DNA of 57,123 nucleotides, filler included, from Bipalium vagum (Eukaryota): NCBI GenBank assembly GCA_037834085.1. It is 3 parts of 3 records of this genome, joined end to end, with 100 filler letters (N's around TTAATTAATTAA, not from the genome) between each part and the next. Parts side by side here need not be neighbours in the genome. Positions count along the whole stretch, not along the records: positions 25,530 to 41,410 come from JBBMKC010140565.1; positions 41,511 to 57,123 come from JBBMKC010156152.1; 1 more part is not named here. One strand, 5' to 3'. Shown piece by piece: positions 39,721 to 52,179 of this stretch (position 1 is its first letter; each line of letters starts with the position of its first letter). The notes under the pieces were generated by a model. It saw only the letters and a program-made list of their open reading frames with translations, ran no database searches and was not told where the DNA came from. The position numbers and the translations under genes were made by a program.

Positions 39721-40699
39721 AGTATCCCAAATTAATGAAATTTTTGATGAATAATTCTTTTGTGATTTTTAAAATTTTTATGCTTGTAATATTGGATCAT
39801 CAAAATAAAGATGAATACAATTATTATTATTGTTTTATTATTAATTATTAAAATTACCAAAAAACAAATAAGCAAAGGATTTATATAGAAAACAAATATA
39901 GAAAATAGAAATTACTATGAATAGAAATTAATGTAAATAAAACAATATATGTTTCTAAAAATAGAATTTAGGCAAATAAGATATGAATTTCTAAAAGTAG
40001 AAATTATAGAAAAATTTATGTACGTAAATCCACGAAAAATAGTAAAAGAACACACAATAAATCACACAAAAGGACTCTAAAAAGAGACAAGAGAACAATC
40101 ACAAAGGAATATATAGCAGAGGACGTTTCGAATCAATAAGAACGAATCACCCTAGAGAATTTCAAAGATGTTGTGGACAATCAACACTTTCAAACTTAGT
40201 AAGAAATTTCTATTCAAACTTTATAAACTCTGTGCGAATTTTCGTAACCGCAGTTTCATTTATTATATTATCAGCTATCAAGCAATCTTTACCGATTGAC
40301 TTGGTAATATTATTAACTAACTCTTCTAAATAAGTGCTCGAGGATTTTCGAGAATAAAATAAAGTTTTATTTTTCCAATTTTCTATTTTTTATTTTTACA
40401 ATTTATACAGCCGCTAGCTGGTAAATTGCTGAGGACTTTTTCGCATTAAAATAAATTTGTACCAAAAGATTTCTTTACTTGATAATCCCATAAAGAGTTT
40501 AATTGTAAAAATCAGATTTCAAATAAATATTTTGAACCATTTCTGTTATCCCAGTTAATTTTTAGTTGATCGTTTATATTTTGCATTGAGATTGTAATTT
40601 TCAGTTTTTGTGCTTTTTACTTTTCATCCGTAAACCCTTCTCATATTAAGTATTTTGTTGCGTAACCTAAAAGTCCAGTTTTCGATTTTCTTAACCATT

Positions 40700-40950
40700 C
40701 TAAAATCACTCATTTTTTAGGAATTTAACAACTGGAATTTCTTCTCTATTTTTGAGATTTAACTATAATAATATTGCTTCTTCAAGATTTTCATATTTTG
40801 CGGTGTTTAATGTTTCTTAAATGTAGCTTAGAAAGATTATTTTGAATTTTATGAGATATAAATTACTTATTTTTAATGTATCTTTAATGACAGTTAATCT
40901 GACAGATATTAGGTCCTTTTTAAAAATTTTTCTCGAGATCCAACTTTATT
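40700..40950 (-). mobile_element. pogo/Tigger CENP-B-type HTH fragment
   Basis: TAKYENLEEAILL*LNLKNREEIPV. Confidence 0.5.
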
Positions 40951-41344
40951 TATTTATTTGTGAGAGACTTAAAAATATGATCAAATTTTGGTAGGATAGA
41001 AACATTTATGATAATCGAAATTCGATGATTTCTTGATCATTACAAAGGGTTTAAATGATACTAAATGCTTTTCTGACTGCAACCATATAAATTTGTTTGA
41101 GATTTAATTCAATACCTGATTGCAAAATGTTATCATCCATAAATAATTAAATTCGTAAATAAATTCAAATAATTGCAAATTAATTATATATGTATTAAAC
41201 AATCTTACAATATGATGTTACAATAAAGATTACTTATTATTTTACCTGATATACTCATATTTGTGAGTTAAATGTCTATAAGCATCTAAGATATTTGTAC
41301 TAGTACTAATAATAGCAATTGTAATAATTTAAAACATAATAAAT

Positions 41345-41409
<65 letters not shown>
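41345..41409. repeat. (CAT)n microsatellite running into the gap
   Basis: About 21 units. Confidence 0.95.
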
Positions 41410-41410
41410 A

Positions 41411-41510
41411 NNNNNNNNNNNNNNNNNNNNNNNNNNNNNNNNNNNNNNNNNNNNTTAATTAATTAANNNNNNNNNNNNNNNNNNNNNNNNNNNNNNNNNN
41501 NNNNNNNNNN
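41411..41510. other. Assembly gap with TTAATTAATTAA linker
   Basis: N44-ttaattaattaa-N44. Confidence 0.95.
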
Positions 41511-41689
41511 AATGATCCAATACTCATAAAAAATGGACTGCCTAACATGGAATCTCTATTGTTGAAAATGAGAAAAGTAAAAAAGATTTAAAGTAAATAC
41601 TCAATAAATAAATAAATAATAAAAAAATAAAGTAAATATTCAATATCCTCGTTCTCTTTTATTATCTGCACCACCACCTTCTTTAACTT

Positions 41690-42040
41690 CATTTTCAAAC
41701 TTCTCTTCAATAATGCTTCGTTTTCCTTTCCATTAGTTTTGATCTGCTCGGAATTTTCTTTAACAAACCTAAATCCAAATAGCTTGGCCGATTAAATCCG
41801 ATGTGACTTCCTCTACTACTGTAAAGTTTACCAGTTTTGACTTATTTGCTATTCTCACCAGAATTGAGCATTTTCCAAATATTTCCAATTGGCTATTGTT
41901 CGCACACTTTAATCTGTCATTACTTCTCACTACTTCCACGTCTTTGAACTTATTCAAAATTTTCTTACTGATCACACTGAGCCCACCTCCCGTATCCAAT
42001 AAGCATTGGAATCTTTCTCCTTGAATATTATACTTGGTCT
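41690..42040 (-). mobile_element. Ty3/gypsy aspartic protease fragment
   Basis: CLLDTGGGLSVIS...LKCANNSQLEIFGK...FTVVEEVTSDLIG. Confidence 0.8.
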
Positions 42041-42149
42041 TCTGTTCATCACTCTGTCATAACGTGAAAAGTGGTAGTGGGATTAATTAAAATTGAGATT
42101 TTAACGGTAAACAGTTTTAAAGACACGAGTATCAAATATCACGTAATGA

Positions 42150-42530
42150 AAGGAAGGCCAAGTGTGACCATTATTCAGGGCCATGAAAGTCACCGGAGCT
42201 AGCATAAATGTGATGAACTTGAAGAATTTTCAAGAAATTGAAAGTCCTGGAATTCAAAAATGTATGAAGACAATAAAGACCACAAACAATAGTGCAATGA
42301 ATGTTGTAGGAAAGATGTTTATATCGGTAGCAGAAATGAGTCAGTGTTATTCACGGTAGTAGAGCAGGTGTCACCAGTTGTGATTGGAGGAACAGAATTT
42401 CTGACAAAGTTTGGATTTAGGCTAATGAAGATCCCAATGGAAACGGAGACGGCACAGATATTGAAGCAAAGTTTGAAAGAGTTGTTGAAGATGATGAGCG
42501 TTTACGGAGAGCAAAGAAGATCTTAGTCCT
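42150..42530 (+). mobile_element. Second gypsy protease fragment, opposite strand
   Basis: TGASINVM, MNVVGK, FTVVEQVSPVVIGGTEFLTKFGF. Confidence 0.7.
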
Positions 42531-43223
42531 CAACGATTTTTTATCTTTTTACTTTTTACCATATTCCCAAACCATTTTAATTTAAAATTAATATTGTAAA
42601 ATTAATTTGTTAAACATAATAAAATATGCAAATTTACTATTGGACTTTTGATTTACAACACCAATTGTTTATAATTGATTTTATTAGTTTCAATCATAAA
42701 AATGTTGATGATAGACAATTATCATAAATAATATTAATTTCTATCAATTCCTTTACTTTGATCAGAACTCACACTTTCTCTCTATACGTTTAAGCCTTCT
42801 TCTTTAGGGCGAATTTAATTGCACATCTTTTAAAATTATTTTTTCTATTAAATCTTCATTTTATTGCATATTTAGTATATACAATTCTTTTTTTTCAAAT
42901 TATTTGTTGTGCGAACTTTTATTGTCTTATTCATTTGAAACTATCACTTCAAATTTATAATAATTTTTTCAATAATAATATTTTTAATAATGATTTTTTA
43001 ATAATAAATTCTTTAAAAAAAAAATCAACTTTTTCTTCTTGTTTAAAAAAAATTTATGAATACAAAAATTAAAAATCGTCTAGATCTTTGATTTGTAAGC
43101 CAAAAAATAATTAAATAAATAAAAAAAAATTAACATTTACAAAATGTCATCGATTTAAAATAACCGGATATTGACAAGTCTATGTTGTACTGGCTGTTGT
43201 TTAATAAACATTATAATTCTTAC

Positions 43224-43444
43224 CTCCCCCAATGACTGGTTTGGTATATATCAAAAATTGCACATTGTGACAACTTTGATTTTATTGAATCTTCAAAAGA
43301 ATTATTTGGTTTTTCAGATTCCACAAATGTATTTGATTTGTAGATTTCAAATAAATTTATTAACCTGGTTTCCAATAAATTTTCTGTAATACTATTAAAT
43401 ATTATTACGCCTTTCATGATGTAATAAATTAAAAAATTAGACAT
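43224..43444 (-). CDS. Candidate exon of an unidentified gene
   Basis: 74-codon open frame ending in a strong donor (GGG AG|gtaaga); in-frame acceptors upstream; phase-compatible 60-nt exon at 41305-41246. Confidence 0.35.
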
Positions 43445-44389
43445 AATCTCTAAAATAAAATTTTAGAAAAACAAGATCGAATTTAAAATTGTTAATTATG
43501 ATAAAAATAAACTTTATCGAGTGAAATAAAAATTTTTCTAAATATTATTATTTTATGAATTATTTCTTATTTTTTCTTTCTCTAAAGATTTATTTTTAAT
43601 ACAATGATTTAAAAATTTAATGAAATAAATCTGAAAAAAATTTTTAATTAATATATTTTTAATTTAATTTCTTTTTAACCCGTCAAAGATTCTTGTTTTA
43701 ATTTTTATTATTAAAAGTTCATAAATGATAAAAATAATTATTATTATTTAATGCTATTACTCTTCAAGTACATCATTTAATTATCCACAACCAAACAAAA
43801 CCCACACTTCAAAATAAAAATTATTCAGATTCATGAATAATAACTGTTAAATGTTATTTTGTATCATTTGATGATTCTTTAATGAATTGTTTTGATTTTT
43901 AATATTTCAGAGATAAGAAACACTTAATTTTTAATCAAAATTATTTCACCTTTTTGTTTATATAAATTTTAAAATAAATTGATTTTTCTTCAATGCCTTG
44001 AATCACTTAATCTTGCTTTTTGAAAAACCCTTCAATATGTATCAATGTTATTGAATATTTTGAATAAATATAATCCAGAACTGGTAGAAATATTATATTG
44101 GTAAAAAATAATAAATAAATAAATTTGGTAATAGAATCATTTTCAAATGTTTAAGTTATATTTAAAGTAGAAATAAATATAATATAATATAAATAAAAAC
44201 GAATTAAATTTTTAATCAAAAATATATAATATAAAAAAATTAAAGACTGGTGTTCTAAATATATATATATATATAATTTTTTTTGAATTTCCGGTGATAA
44301 TTTATTCGATATTCTATTAGTTTGCTAAGTTAGAAATACCTGTTTTGATGAATAACATTTATTATTGCATTAACCACCAAAAACAGCAT

Positions 44390-45121
44390 TTCAATATGAT
44401 ATGATTTCAATATACCTAACAATATGCGATGTGTTTTTGTGCTATTTTATTAGTTATAGTCATCAGCATAGATGATGTTCTCAAACGGAAGATGGCTTTA
44501 AAAAGTCATTGAGACAACTATTCCAGAATTTGTTGAGAGGTTCAAATGCGTGTTTATAAAAAATAAATTGACAACATAAATAGATATGATATATGAATCC
44601 CATATTAACTTAATTTTGAAAACACGGAAATATCTCTTAGCCTGAGTAAAACGTTATTGTAAAAATTAACAATAGTGTTTTCGTTGAAACAATCCTCACG
44701 GAGGATGAGAAGTGGACACATTTCGAAAATCACTGTAGAAAACGGCAATGGTTAAGCCCTGGTGTTAGGCCAATTCAAACTTCAAAACCAAAAATGTTGA
44801 AGTAAAAGGGACGTTTTGTGTTGTGAAACACAAATTTTTAAATTTACTTTGAAGTATGAATACTGGTCATACAATCACAGGAAAATTAAATTGCATACAT
44901 CAGGCGCTTCAATTAGAAAAGTTGAAAAGTTCTGCTTTATCCATCATATAGTCTTAAGTTGACCCCATCGGTCAACCACTTATTCAGACCAATGCAGTAC
45001 TCGCTGGCCGGGGAAAATTTCGATAATAGTATTCGCTCTCTTCGTGAAAGATAGCAAAAAGTCTAACTTTTTTAAAAATAATTTTTTTCAAAACCCGCAT
45101 GAATTTTGATTGTTACCTAAT
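44390..45121 (+). mobile_element. mariner remnant
   Basis: ILTEDEKWTHFENHCRKRQWLSPG; YS..LTPSVNHLFRPMQYSLAGENF; terminus ...TTGTTACCTAATA. Confidence 0.75.
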
Positions 45122-45939
45122 ATATTATTACACATTTTCAAATTCATTGTTATTAAAATCTTAGTCTTCTCTCATCTTATTATCTCTGACTTTCTTTATG
45201 AATACCGATAATATATACAGATGCATAAAAATAGGTGCACCACTTTCCTTTCCTTACATTTGCGGGTTTTACTTATTCCAGTTCATTCACTTAACAAATT
45301 ATTATTTTATTTATTAAATATTTTCATCAAGTAACGATTTTTATTTAATATATTTTACAATTCCTTTCCATTTGAACTTTATCATTTATTAACTTTCATT
45401 TAACAAAAGTTGAATATCTAATCCAATATTTTTCTATACTTTTCGTTAATATGTTATTCATTTATTAATTAATAATCGTTAATTAAAATTTAATTAAAAA
45501 ATAAAATGAATTTCAGAAATTTTCATTGATTTTCGAGTTGAAATTGAGTTAAGGAAGAATGAATATAATTTATTCAATAAATTTGTCGTTAACCAAATGA
45601 AAAATTAACTGGAAACACTATTTAACAATAAATAATATAAATTATTGTTCGAAGTCTTATTTGCTATAATTGAAATCTAAAAGGAACTGAGTCGTCAGTC
45701 TTGTTAAATAAAGTTTTGACATTTATCTGACATTAACTATCAAAGGTATCTGTAATGATAAAGTCAAATATACTGCTTATATACTATACATAATTATCTA
45801 AAACCGTCATATTAACAGTTATTAACAATAGAAACAAGTCAATCGCTATGGCCTAATAATGAAATAATTAGGAGTGTATTATTCTAAATATAAGGAAAGT
45901 AAAAATCAAATTTTGCAGCTACTTATACTACTACAACTT

Positions 45940-46626
45940 TTAATCCCAAACAGCTGATTTATTAGAATTATTGCTTGGGAGGTTACTTGAACCTTGTGTT
46001 GGTCCTCGAACGGCTTCAGCGTACGTTCTTGAAAAGTTATTACCACTCTCATAATTGAAATCGCTTACAACATTGTTTCGTTGTTGCAACCCCTTAATAC
46101 CCATAGATTTGGCGCTAACTATGGCAAATTTCCGGGGACTTGTTTGAATTTCGATAGATGTCGGTTCCGATTTCTCGGCCGGTGATGGAACCGTTGTGTT
46201 AATCTTATCTGTTGTCATAGTTGTATCGGGTTCTGATTTTGAAAGACAATTTGCATTATCAACATTTAATTGGGGCAGTGTTAATTTTTTTTTACAAAGA
46301 TCTTCGGAATCCCAAAGGTCTCTGATACATTTTTTTTGTAACTGACTAGTTGTTCTTACAAAATCGGGATCATTTTCTGAACAAACAATTAATGAGAATG
46401 GATTCGATCTCCAAAAACTGTTCTCTTCTAAAAATTTAACAGTTTTGAATATCTTTTCGTTAGTGGGAATATTTCGATTCTTACTTCTGATGATAGCATC
46501 ATAAACCGTGGCCTCTGAATGGATTCTTGCTATTACTTTGTCCAATAAATCTGGATTCTCTTGCCAAACACTTTTCGTTTTAGATTTCCAGAAAAAATTC
46601 TCTTTCAATTCTGCACTTTTATTCAT
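45940..46626 (-). CDS. Intronless 228-aa protein of unknown function
   Basis: Longest ORF in the window, uninterrupted in very AT-rich DNA; in-frame TAG three codons upstream of the ATG; no TE motif recognised. Confidence 0.7.
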   Translation of the reverse strand: MNKSAELKENFFWKSKTKSVWQENPDLLDKVIARIHSEATVYDAIIRSKNRNIPTNEKIFKTVKFLEENSFWRSNPFSLIVCSENDPDFVRTTSQLQKKCIRDLWDSEDLCKKKLTLPQLNVDNANCLSKSEPDTTMTTDKINTTVPSPAEKSEPTSIEIQTSPRKFAIVSAKSMGIKGLQQRNNVVSDFNYESGNNFSRTYAEAVRGPTQGSSNLPSNNSNKSAVWD

Positions 46627-46811
46627 GGGATTTGTCTATTTTCTCTTTACTTGACCATATATTTCACTAATTTACAGCTTTTTTGTTAATAACAGCTGAT
46701 TGAAAAAATTCAAATATTAATAAAGATTTAAATTCAATTTTAATTAATGATAATTAATATATTTAATCGTTTCACGAATTGGTTTTCCGAGTCTGATGAA
46801 ACATTATTTCT

Positions 46812-46858
46812 CATCATCATCATTATCATCATTATTATTATTATTATTATTATTATTA
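46812..46858. repeat. (CAT)/(TAT) microsatellite in the divergent intergenic spacer
   Basis: catcatcatcattatcatcattattattatt... Confidence 0.85.
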
Positions 46859-46995
46859 ATCAAGGGCAGTACTACGTTCGTTTTAATTGATTGACTTTTA
46901 CTAATCCATTGTCATATGATATGATATAATCAAAGTCGAATAGCTTTAGTATTTAAAGTATAATGGTTCGTAATGACACCATTTTTTATTCAATA

Positions 46996-47701
46996 ATGAA
47001 ATTGTTAATATTGTCCATTTTACTACTTTTTCTCATGACTTTTTGTTACTGTTCAAGGTATTAATATTTTGAAAATTTATTTTATGATTATTTTTAATTA
47101 ATCAATCAATTAATAAATTTCGCTTGCACAATGATTAGTTTTAATTGGTTGTCTTTTCCAATTGAATCAATTGCCAATTTACCGTTTGATTTTCTGCTAT
47201 TGAAGTGATTTTGGTGCGTTCACTGATTGATTGGATCTTGATCAAGAAAAAAAATGAATAAAATATAATAAATAAAAATATGTATATCAAATGTTAAGGA
47301 ATAAAATACCAGATGAAGTACTTGTACTGCCTTGTAAAAATGGCACTGCTAGCTGCATGTTTGGCGATTGCACTTTTTTTAAATATACTTGGGAAGATGA
47401 TATATTTGAATCAGTTGATTGTGAATGCCATGAAAATTATTATGGATCATCTTGTAATAAAAGACGTCACTCTTTGTTTTCGAACAGCCTGGAAAACAAA
47501 AACGAAGAAGGGAATGAAGATTTTTTAGAGGAAGAAGATGAAGATGAAATTAAAAGGTTTAAAAGATCCATGGAACATCCAGCTGACCAAAAACATTGGC
47601 ATGATGAAGATGGTGATGCACATTATGAAGGAGATGGTCATAGCCATCAGCACTGGAATTCGAAAGACGATTACTATGACGAAGATTTAGATGAAAAATG
47701 A
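46996..47701 (+). CDS. Secreted EGF-like-domain precursor with acidic spacer and His/Asp-rich tail (154 aa; exons 46996-47057 and 47299-47701)
   Basis: Exon 1 MKLLILSILLLFLMTFCYCS (signal peptide), donor AG|gtatt; phase-2 acceptor ttaag|G joins ORF 47291..47701; C-x6-C-x4-C-x16-C-x-C-x8-C; KRR and KRFKR sites; AATAAA at 47788. Confidence 0.85.
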
Positions 47702-47916
47702 TTTTATTTATTAAATTAATATTTGATTGCTTTTGGAAATAATGAATAATTTTATAAAACTTGTAGTTTAATATCGAAATGTTGAGAAATAAAATTCGGA
47801 AATGTGCATTTCTAATCTACGTTTTCTTTAACAAAAACCTTAATTATATAATTTTTAATTGATTATTTAAACAAAATAAGTTAAATATTTAAAATAATTT
47901 TTTATTCTTGGTATTA

Positions 47917-48592
47917 CAGGTTTATGCAGAAATATATTCAAAAAATATATAATTCCATGCAAATATATATATAATCCTATTTAAAATTTATAGAAAATTA
48001 TTCAGAAATATAGAATGAATATTCGATTGTTTCTACTTTAATTTGATCGCATTTTAATCAGCCAAAGTATTGTCTCAAGAAATTTACGTGACATGAATTA
48101 TACCAGAAAGCGATTAGTCAGAGTTCCCGAAGACAGAAATAGTAGTAAAAACATTGAAGCTAGACAGTTTTATTAGAGGGATATTGAGTACATTGAAAAC
48201 TGTGTTAGTTTACTTGAATGAAACAGGAGTCAACTCACACAAAATAGAAGTTATTGCCATACCAGAAATGAAACCAAAAGTTTCTCCACCATACTCGCCT
48301 CAACTAAGCCAATCGAAGAGCATTTCAGCAGCTTTAAGTCACAAATTTCATATTTTATGTGAACCATTATAGATCGGGACGATTTTAAAGAATTGACTAC
48401 CCAAGTACTTATGCATGACGATATCGATTTAAGTGGTATTTTCGCAACATAAGGCGGTTTAAAAAAAATCGATAAAATTCGATTGGCTAGACAAAAATTT
48501 ATTTAGTGTAGATTTCCACTCGTGTATTTGTCAAGAAATATTTTTTTCTATATATTTCTGAATATTTTTATATATATTTCTGCATAACTCCA
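47917..48592. mobile_element. Non-autonomous TIR DNA transposon (hAT-like ends)
   Basis: CAGGTTTATGCAGAAATATAT / ATATATTTCTGCATAACTCC inverted ends with subterminal CAGAAATAT repeats. Confidence 0.55.
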
Positions 48593-49349
48593 TATTAATC
48601 TAAAATTTAAATCGAACAAAACCAATTATTTAAATCGAACAAAAAAAGTTATAAAATTATGCAATACTCAAAATAGATAATTAATTATTTAAAACTCATT
48701 GAAATAATTATTGGGGACTTCTAATATATGGGATTTTAATTTAAAATTTAGACTTGAAACATACTAATTTTAATATTCTGGCTCTGATGGACCCGGACTT
48801 TATAGTCGAGGATTTGACCGCAAACATTAAAAAACTCAACTCAATGTTTGGTATATTTCTTTTTGACAGAAATAAGAATAAAATAATGAAAGAATTTCAT
48901 TCATTGTATTCAGGGTATAGGGCTGACAGAAGACCATAAAAAGAATGTGGGAAAACTAGCGGTTTTAAAGGAAGGCTATATTTGACTTCGTCCAGATCGA
49001 GGTATTTTTTTTAAAAACATCATAAATTAGACAGAGATTCGAAGAGTTTTGACATGTTTTTAAAAAATTAAAGATTGGTGTTAATGTTTTTTCACAAGAC
49101 AAAAAACTGATATAATTAGCTTTCTTGGGGTTTTTAGATACGTTTTGAAGCTAGAATTTGCTATGTAGACATAACTATATTATACAACTATAATATACAG
49201 ACATATTTTTGATAATATACAATGCTGAAAATAGAGCATTTTCATGCATATAAATTTTAAAATGTTAATTTATTTTAGGAAAAATAAATAATAAGGTTAA
49301 GTTTTCGTGTAAAATAATAATAATATAATGGAACAAATACAGAAATTGT

Positions 49350-49900
49350 CAATAACAGGTGTGAATACATCAAGCAGCGAGCACGACTTCCATTCGTGTA
49401 GACATTGATTGGATTAGCTTATGAATAATTTCTTCATGGATATGTTGCTAAGCTTTAAGTAATTCTTGTCATAATTGAACTAAAATACATTATTTTAAAT
49501 CCAGAATTCTTTTGAAGAATACTTTCCACATATTTTCAATATGATTCATGCCAGGACTTTGGGGTTGGGAGTTTTTAATACGAGAACCTGTTAAGAAATA
49601 AGTGGAACCGATACAACTCCTGATGAGGCCAAACATCTTCAGATCATGATAGACCCTTTTCTAGATTTTACAATGATATTAATGCAAGTAGGTAAGTATT
49701 TTCGTGACTTATTACAAACACGCACTTCATGTTGCAAGAGAGTTGGAAAGTACTCTCATCTTTCATAAGAACGTTCTTCCACAAATCAGTATTTCATGTT
49801 TTATGTCCTCGTGCAAAAATAGCTTCTTCCGACCATTTCTTTTATTGATGAGGGTTTTTAGAACGATACAAATGCACATTATGAAATTAGCAATTTAAAA
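49350..49900 (-). mobile_element. Tc1 (DD34E) remnant
   Basis: LWKNVLMKDESTFQL; PQSPGMNHIENMW; SMSTRMEVV. Confidence 0.7.
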
Positions 49901-51104
49901 GTATTCTTATTGCAGATTTTGTTTGGATATTTTAACACTAAAAATTAAAAAAAATATATTACTGGAAATTATAAAATATTTTAGTCTCTAGAATAAATAT
50001 AAAAAAATTTAATAAATAAAAATGTCATTTCAACTGACAACAAATTTTAAAGTAATAAACTTTTAAATTCCAAAAAATGGAAAAATTAATAAAAACTTTT
50101 ATTCTAGATGATTGGAATTAATTTTCAAAGTCCTAAAATAGAAAAAATTATACTAAAAATTTGTCCATACTTTCTAAAACCAGTTTTTTAAGCTGGAAAA
50201 ATATAACAATATGCAAAAAAAATAATAGGAGAATTTCCATTAAAATTACTATTTGGATTTTAACTTTATATTAAAATTATATATAGTATGTGGGGAGAAA
50301 ATACATTTAGAATAAAAATAGATATAAAAATTTTTTATGAACAAAAGTTGACGGTAAATTAAAATTAATAGATTTGTAAATTGTTTAATCCAGAATCAGA
50401 GTTGAAATTATTATAAAGAATTGAAGATGAAAAAAGGAAATCGACAGAAAGGAACAAAGCTAACTTGAAAATTATTTAATGTTTCTAATAAAACAAAATT
50501 TTTATTTTATTGCTTTTAGAGAAACTAAATTTAATTTTAATAAATATAAAAATTTGTATATTCAAGTCTCTTGTTACTTATAGTAACATTATTAATGATT
50601 TTCCTTAGAATACTGTTTCTAGAGGATATGAAATAATTGAAAGAACAAATTTCACTATTTATTTTCCTTTGATAACAAAAATTATAAATGAAATAAAATT
50701 TATAATAATTGTAAAGAATTAATTAATTTTAATGATGATGAAATTAGTTTTACAATTCATTTAAAACAATCTTGAGTTAAGACGAAATCGCATTTAAAAC
50801 AAATATAAATAACAAATAACAAATTTAAAAGTATATGTCCATATACTCAAAAAATTATCCGTACGATAATAATACAAATAAAAAATAACAATTTCACTAA
50901 AAAAGAAAACATTTTTTATAAAAGTCTATAGTTTCCAAGTATCCAGGATATATAAAATAAGAATAAGCATATATATGTAAATAGTTGTTTTTAGCATTGT
51001 AAGGATAAATTATTTTTGAATGTTCGAAAATGAGTAATACGAAAATTAACCATACGAATACATTTATTATAAGCGAACAAAATATTTGTAACAAAATTTT
51101 GTTT

Positions 51105-52113
51105 TTAATAATTAATTACACCATCCCTATTCTTGATGATCATTTTACATCTCATATTCTTTGAAGTAACCATTTTTTTTGCAGAAATCCTGGTTAATTT
51201 GTTGGTATTCTTCCAAGTTGTACTTTATCAGCATGTCTTTACCGGTAATTTTTTCTCTTCATAAAAGCCCACAAATTTTCAATTGGCTTCATGTCCGGTG
51301 ATTTCCCAATCCATTTCAGGACATTTACACAGGATTGATTAAGCCAATGTTTAATAATTTTGACCGTATATTTTGGGTCTCGGCCATGCTGGAATTTGAA
51401 GTCAGTCTCAAGACCAAGGTGTTGCACAGATTCCAACAAATTTTCATCTAAAATTTTTAAATAATCTTCCTTATGCATTATTCCATCTATGAAGACTAAA
51501 TTTCCAACCCAAACTCGAAAAACATCCCCAGACCATAACCGACCCATTACCATGCTTACCTGTCGGTTGAAGACATTCTAATTTCATTTCTTCTCCGGGT
51601 TTTCGTCAAACCGTAACCCTTCCTTCTGACTCAAATTCGTTAAATTTACACTCGTCAGACCAAAGAACTTTATTCCAATCGGTTGAAGAGTTTAACAGTT
51701 CTCGACCCATGCAACTTGTACTTTCTAATTCATCTTCGAAATTCAAGGTTTCTTCCATGTCATCCTCCCATGTAACCCTATGTCTGAAAGTCTGTTTTTC
51801 ACAGTTGACTTTGAAATTAATATGCCATTTTGTTCCTTAATGACTATGCTCACTTTCTCAGCTGATGTTCGTCGATTTTTCTTAACAATTCTTTGAATTA
51901 TTCGATCCTCTTTTGGTGTTGTTTTTTTCGTCTTCCTTGTCCGGAACTGGTTTTCACGCTTCCATCACAAGAAAAATTTTCCAAAATAAATAGAATGCTG
52001 GATTTTGGACATTTTAGAATATTTGATATGTGGCCCATACTATATTTCTCTTTTCTCATCGTCACAACAGCATTTCAGAAGTCATTGGAATATTCTTTTG
52101 TCTTTTTACCCAT
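51105..52113 (-). mobile_element. Tc1 (DD34E) transposase pseudogene, nearly full length
   Basis: MGKKTKEYS..., VLWSDECKF, HGNGSVMVWGCF, FQHGRDPKYT, SPDMKPIENLW. Confidence 0.9.
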
Positions 52114-52179
52114 TAAAATATTCACTTCTGTAGAAAAATTTGTAAAAATACAAGAAAATAAGAATTAACTAATCTTACT

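Noticed and set aside
47291-47298. ATG of the 136-aa ORF as the true start
   Set aside because: It gives no signal peptide; the upstream signal-peptide exon splices in frame at 47299
47058-47298. Clustered AATCAAT/ATTGATT motifs in the EGF-gene intron as an enhancer
   Set aside because: Expected frequently at this AT content; no independent support
47324-47460. Calling the EGF domain a canonical EGFR ligand
   Set aside because: It lacks the conserved Arg of G-x-R-C and has no TM anchor; not supportable from sequence alone
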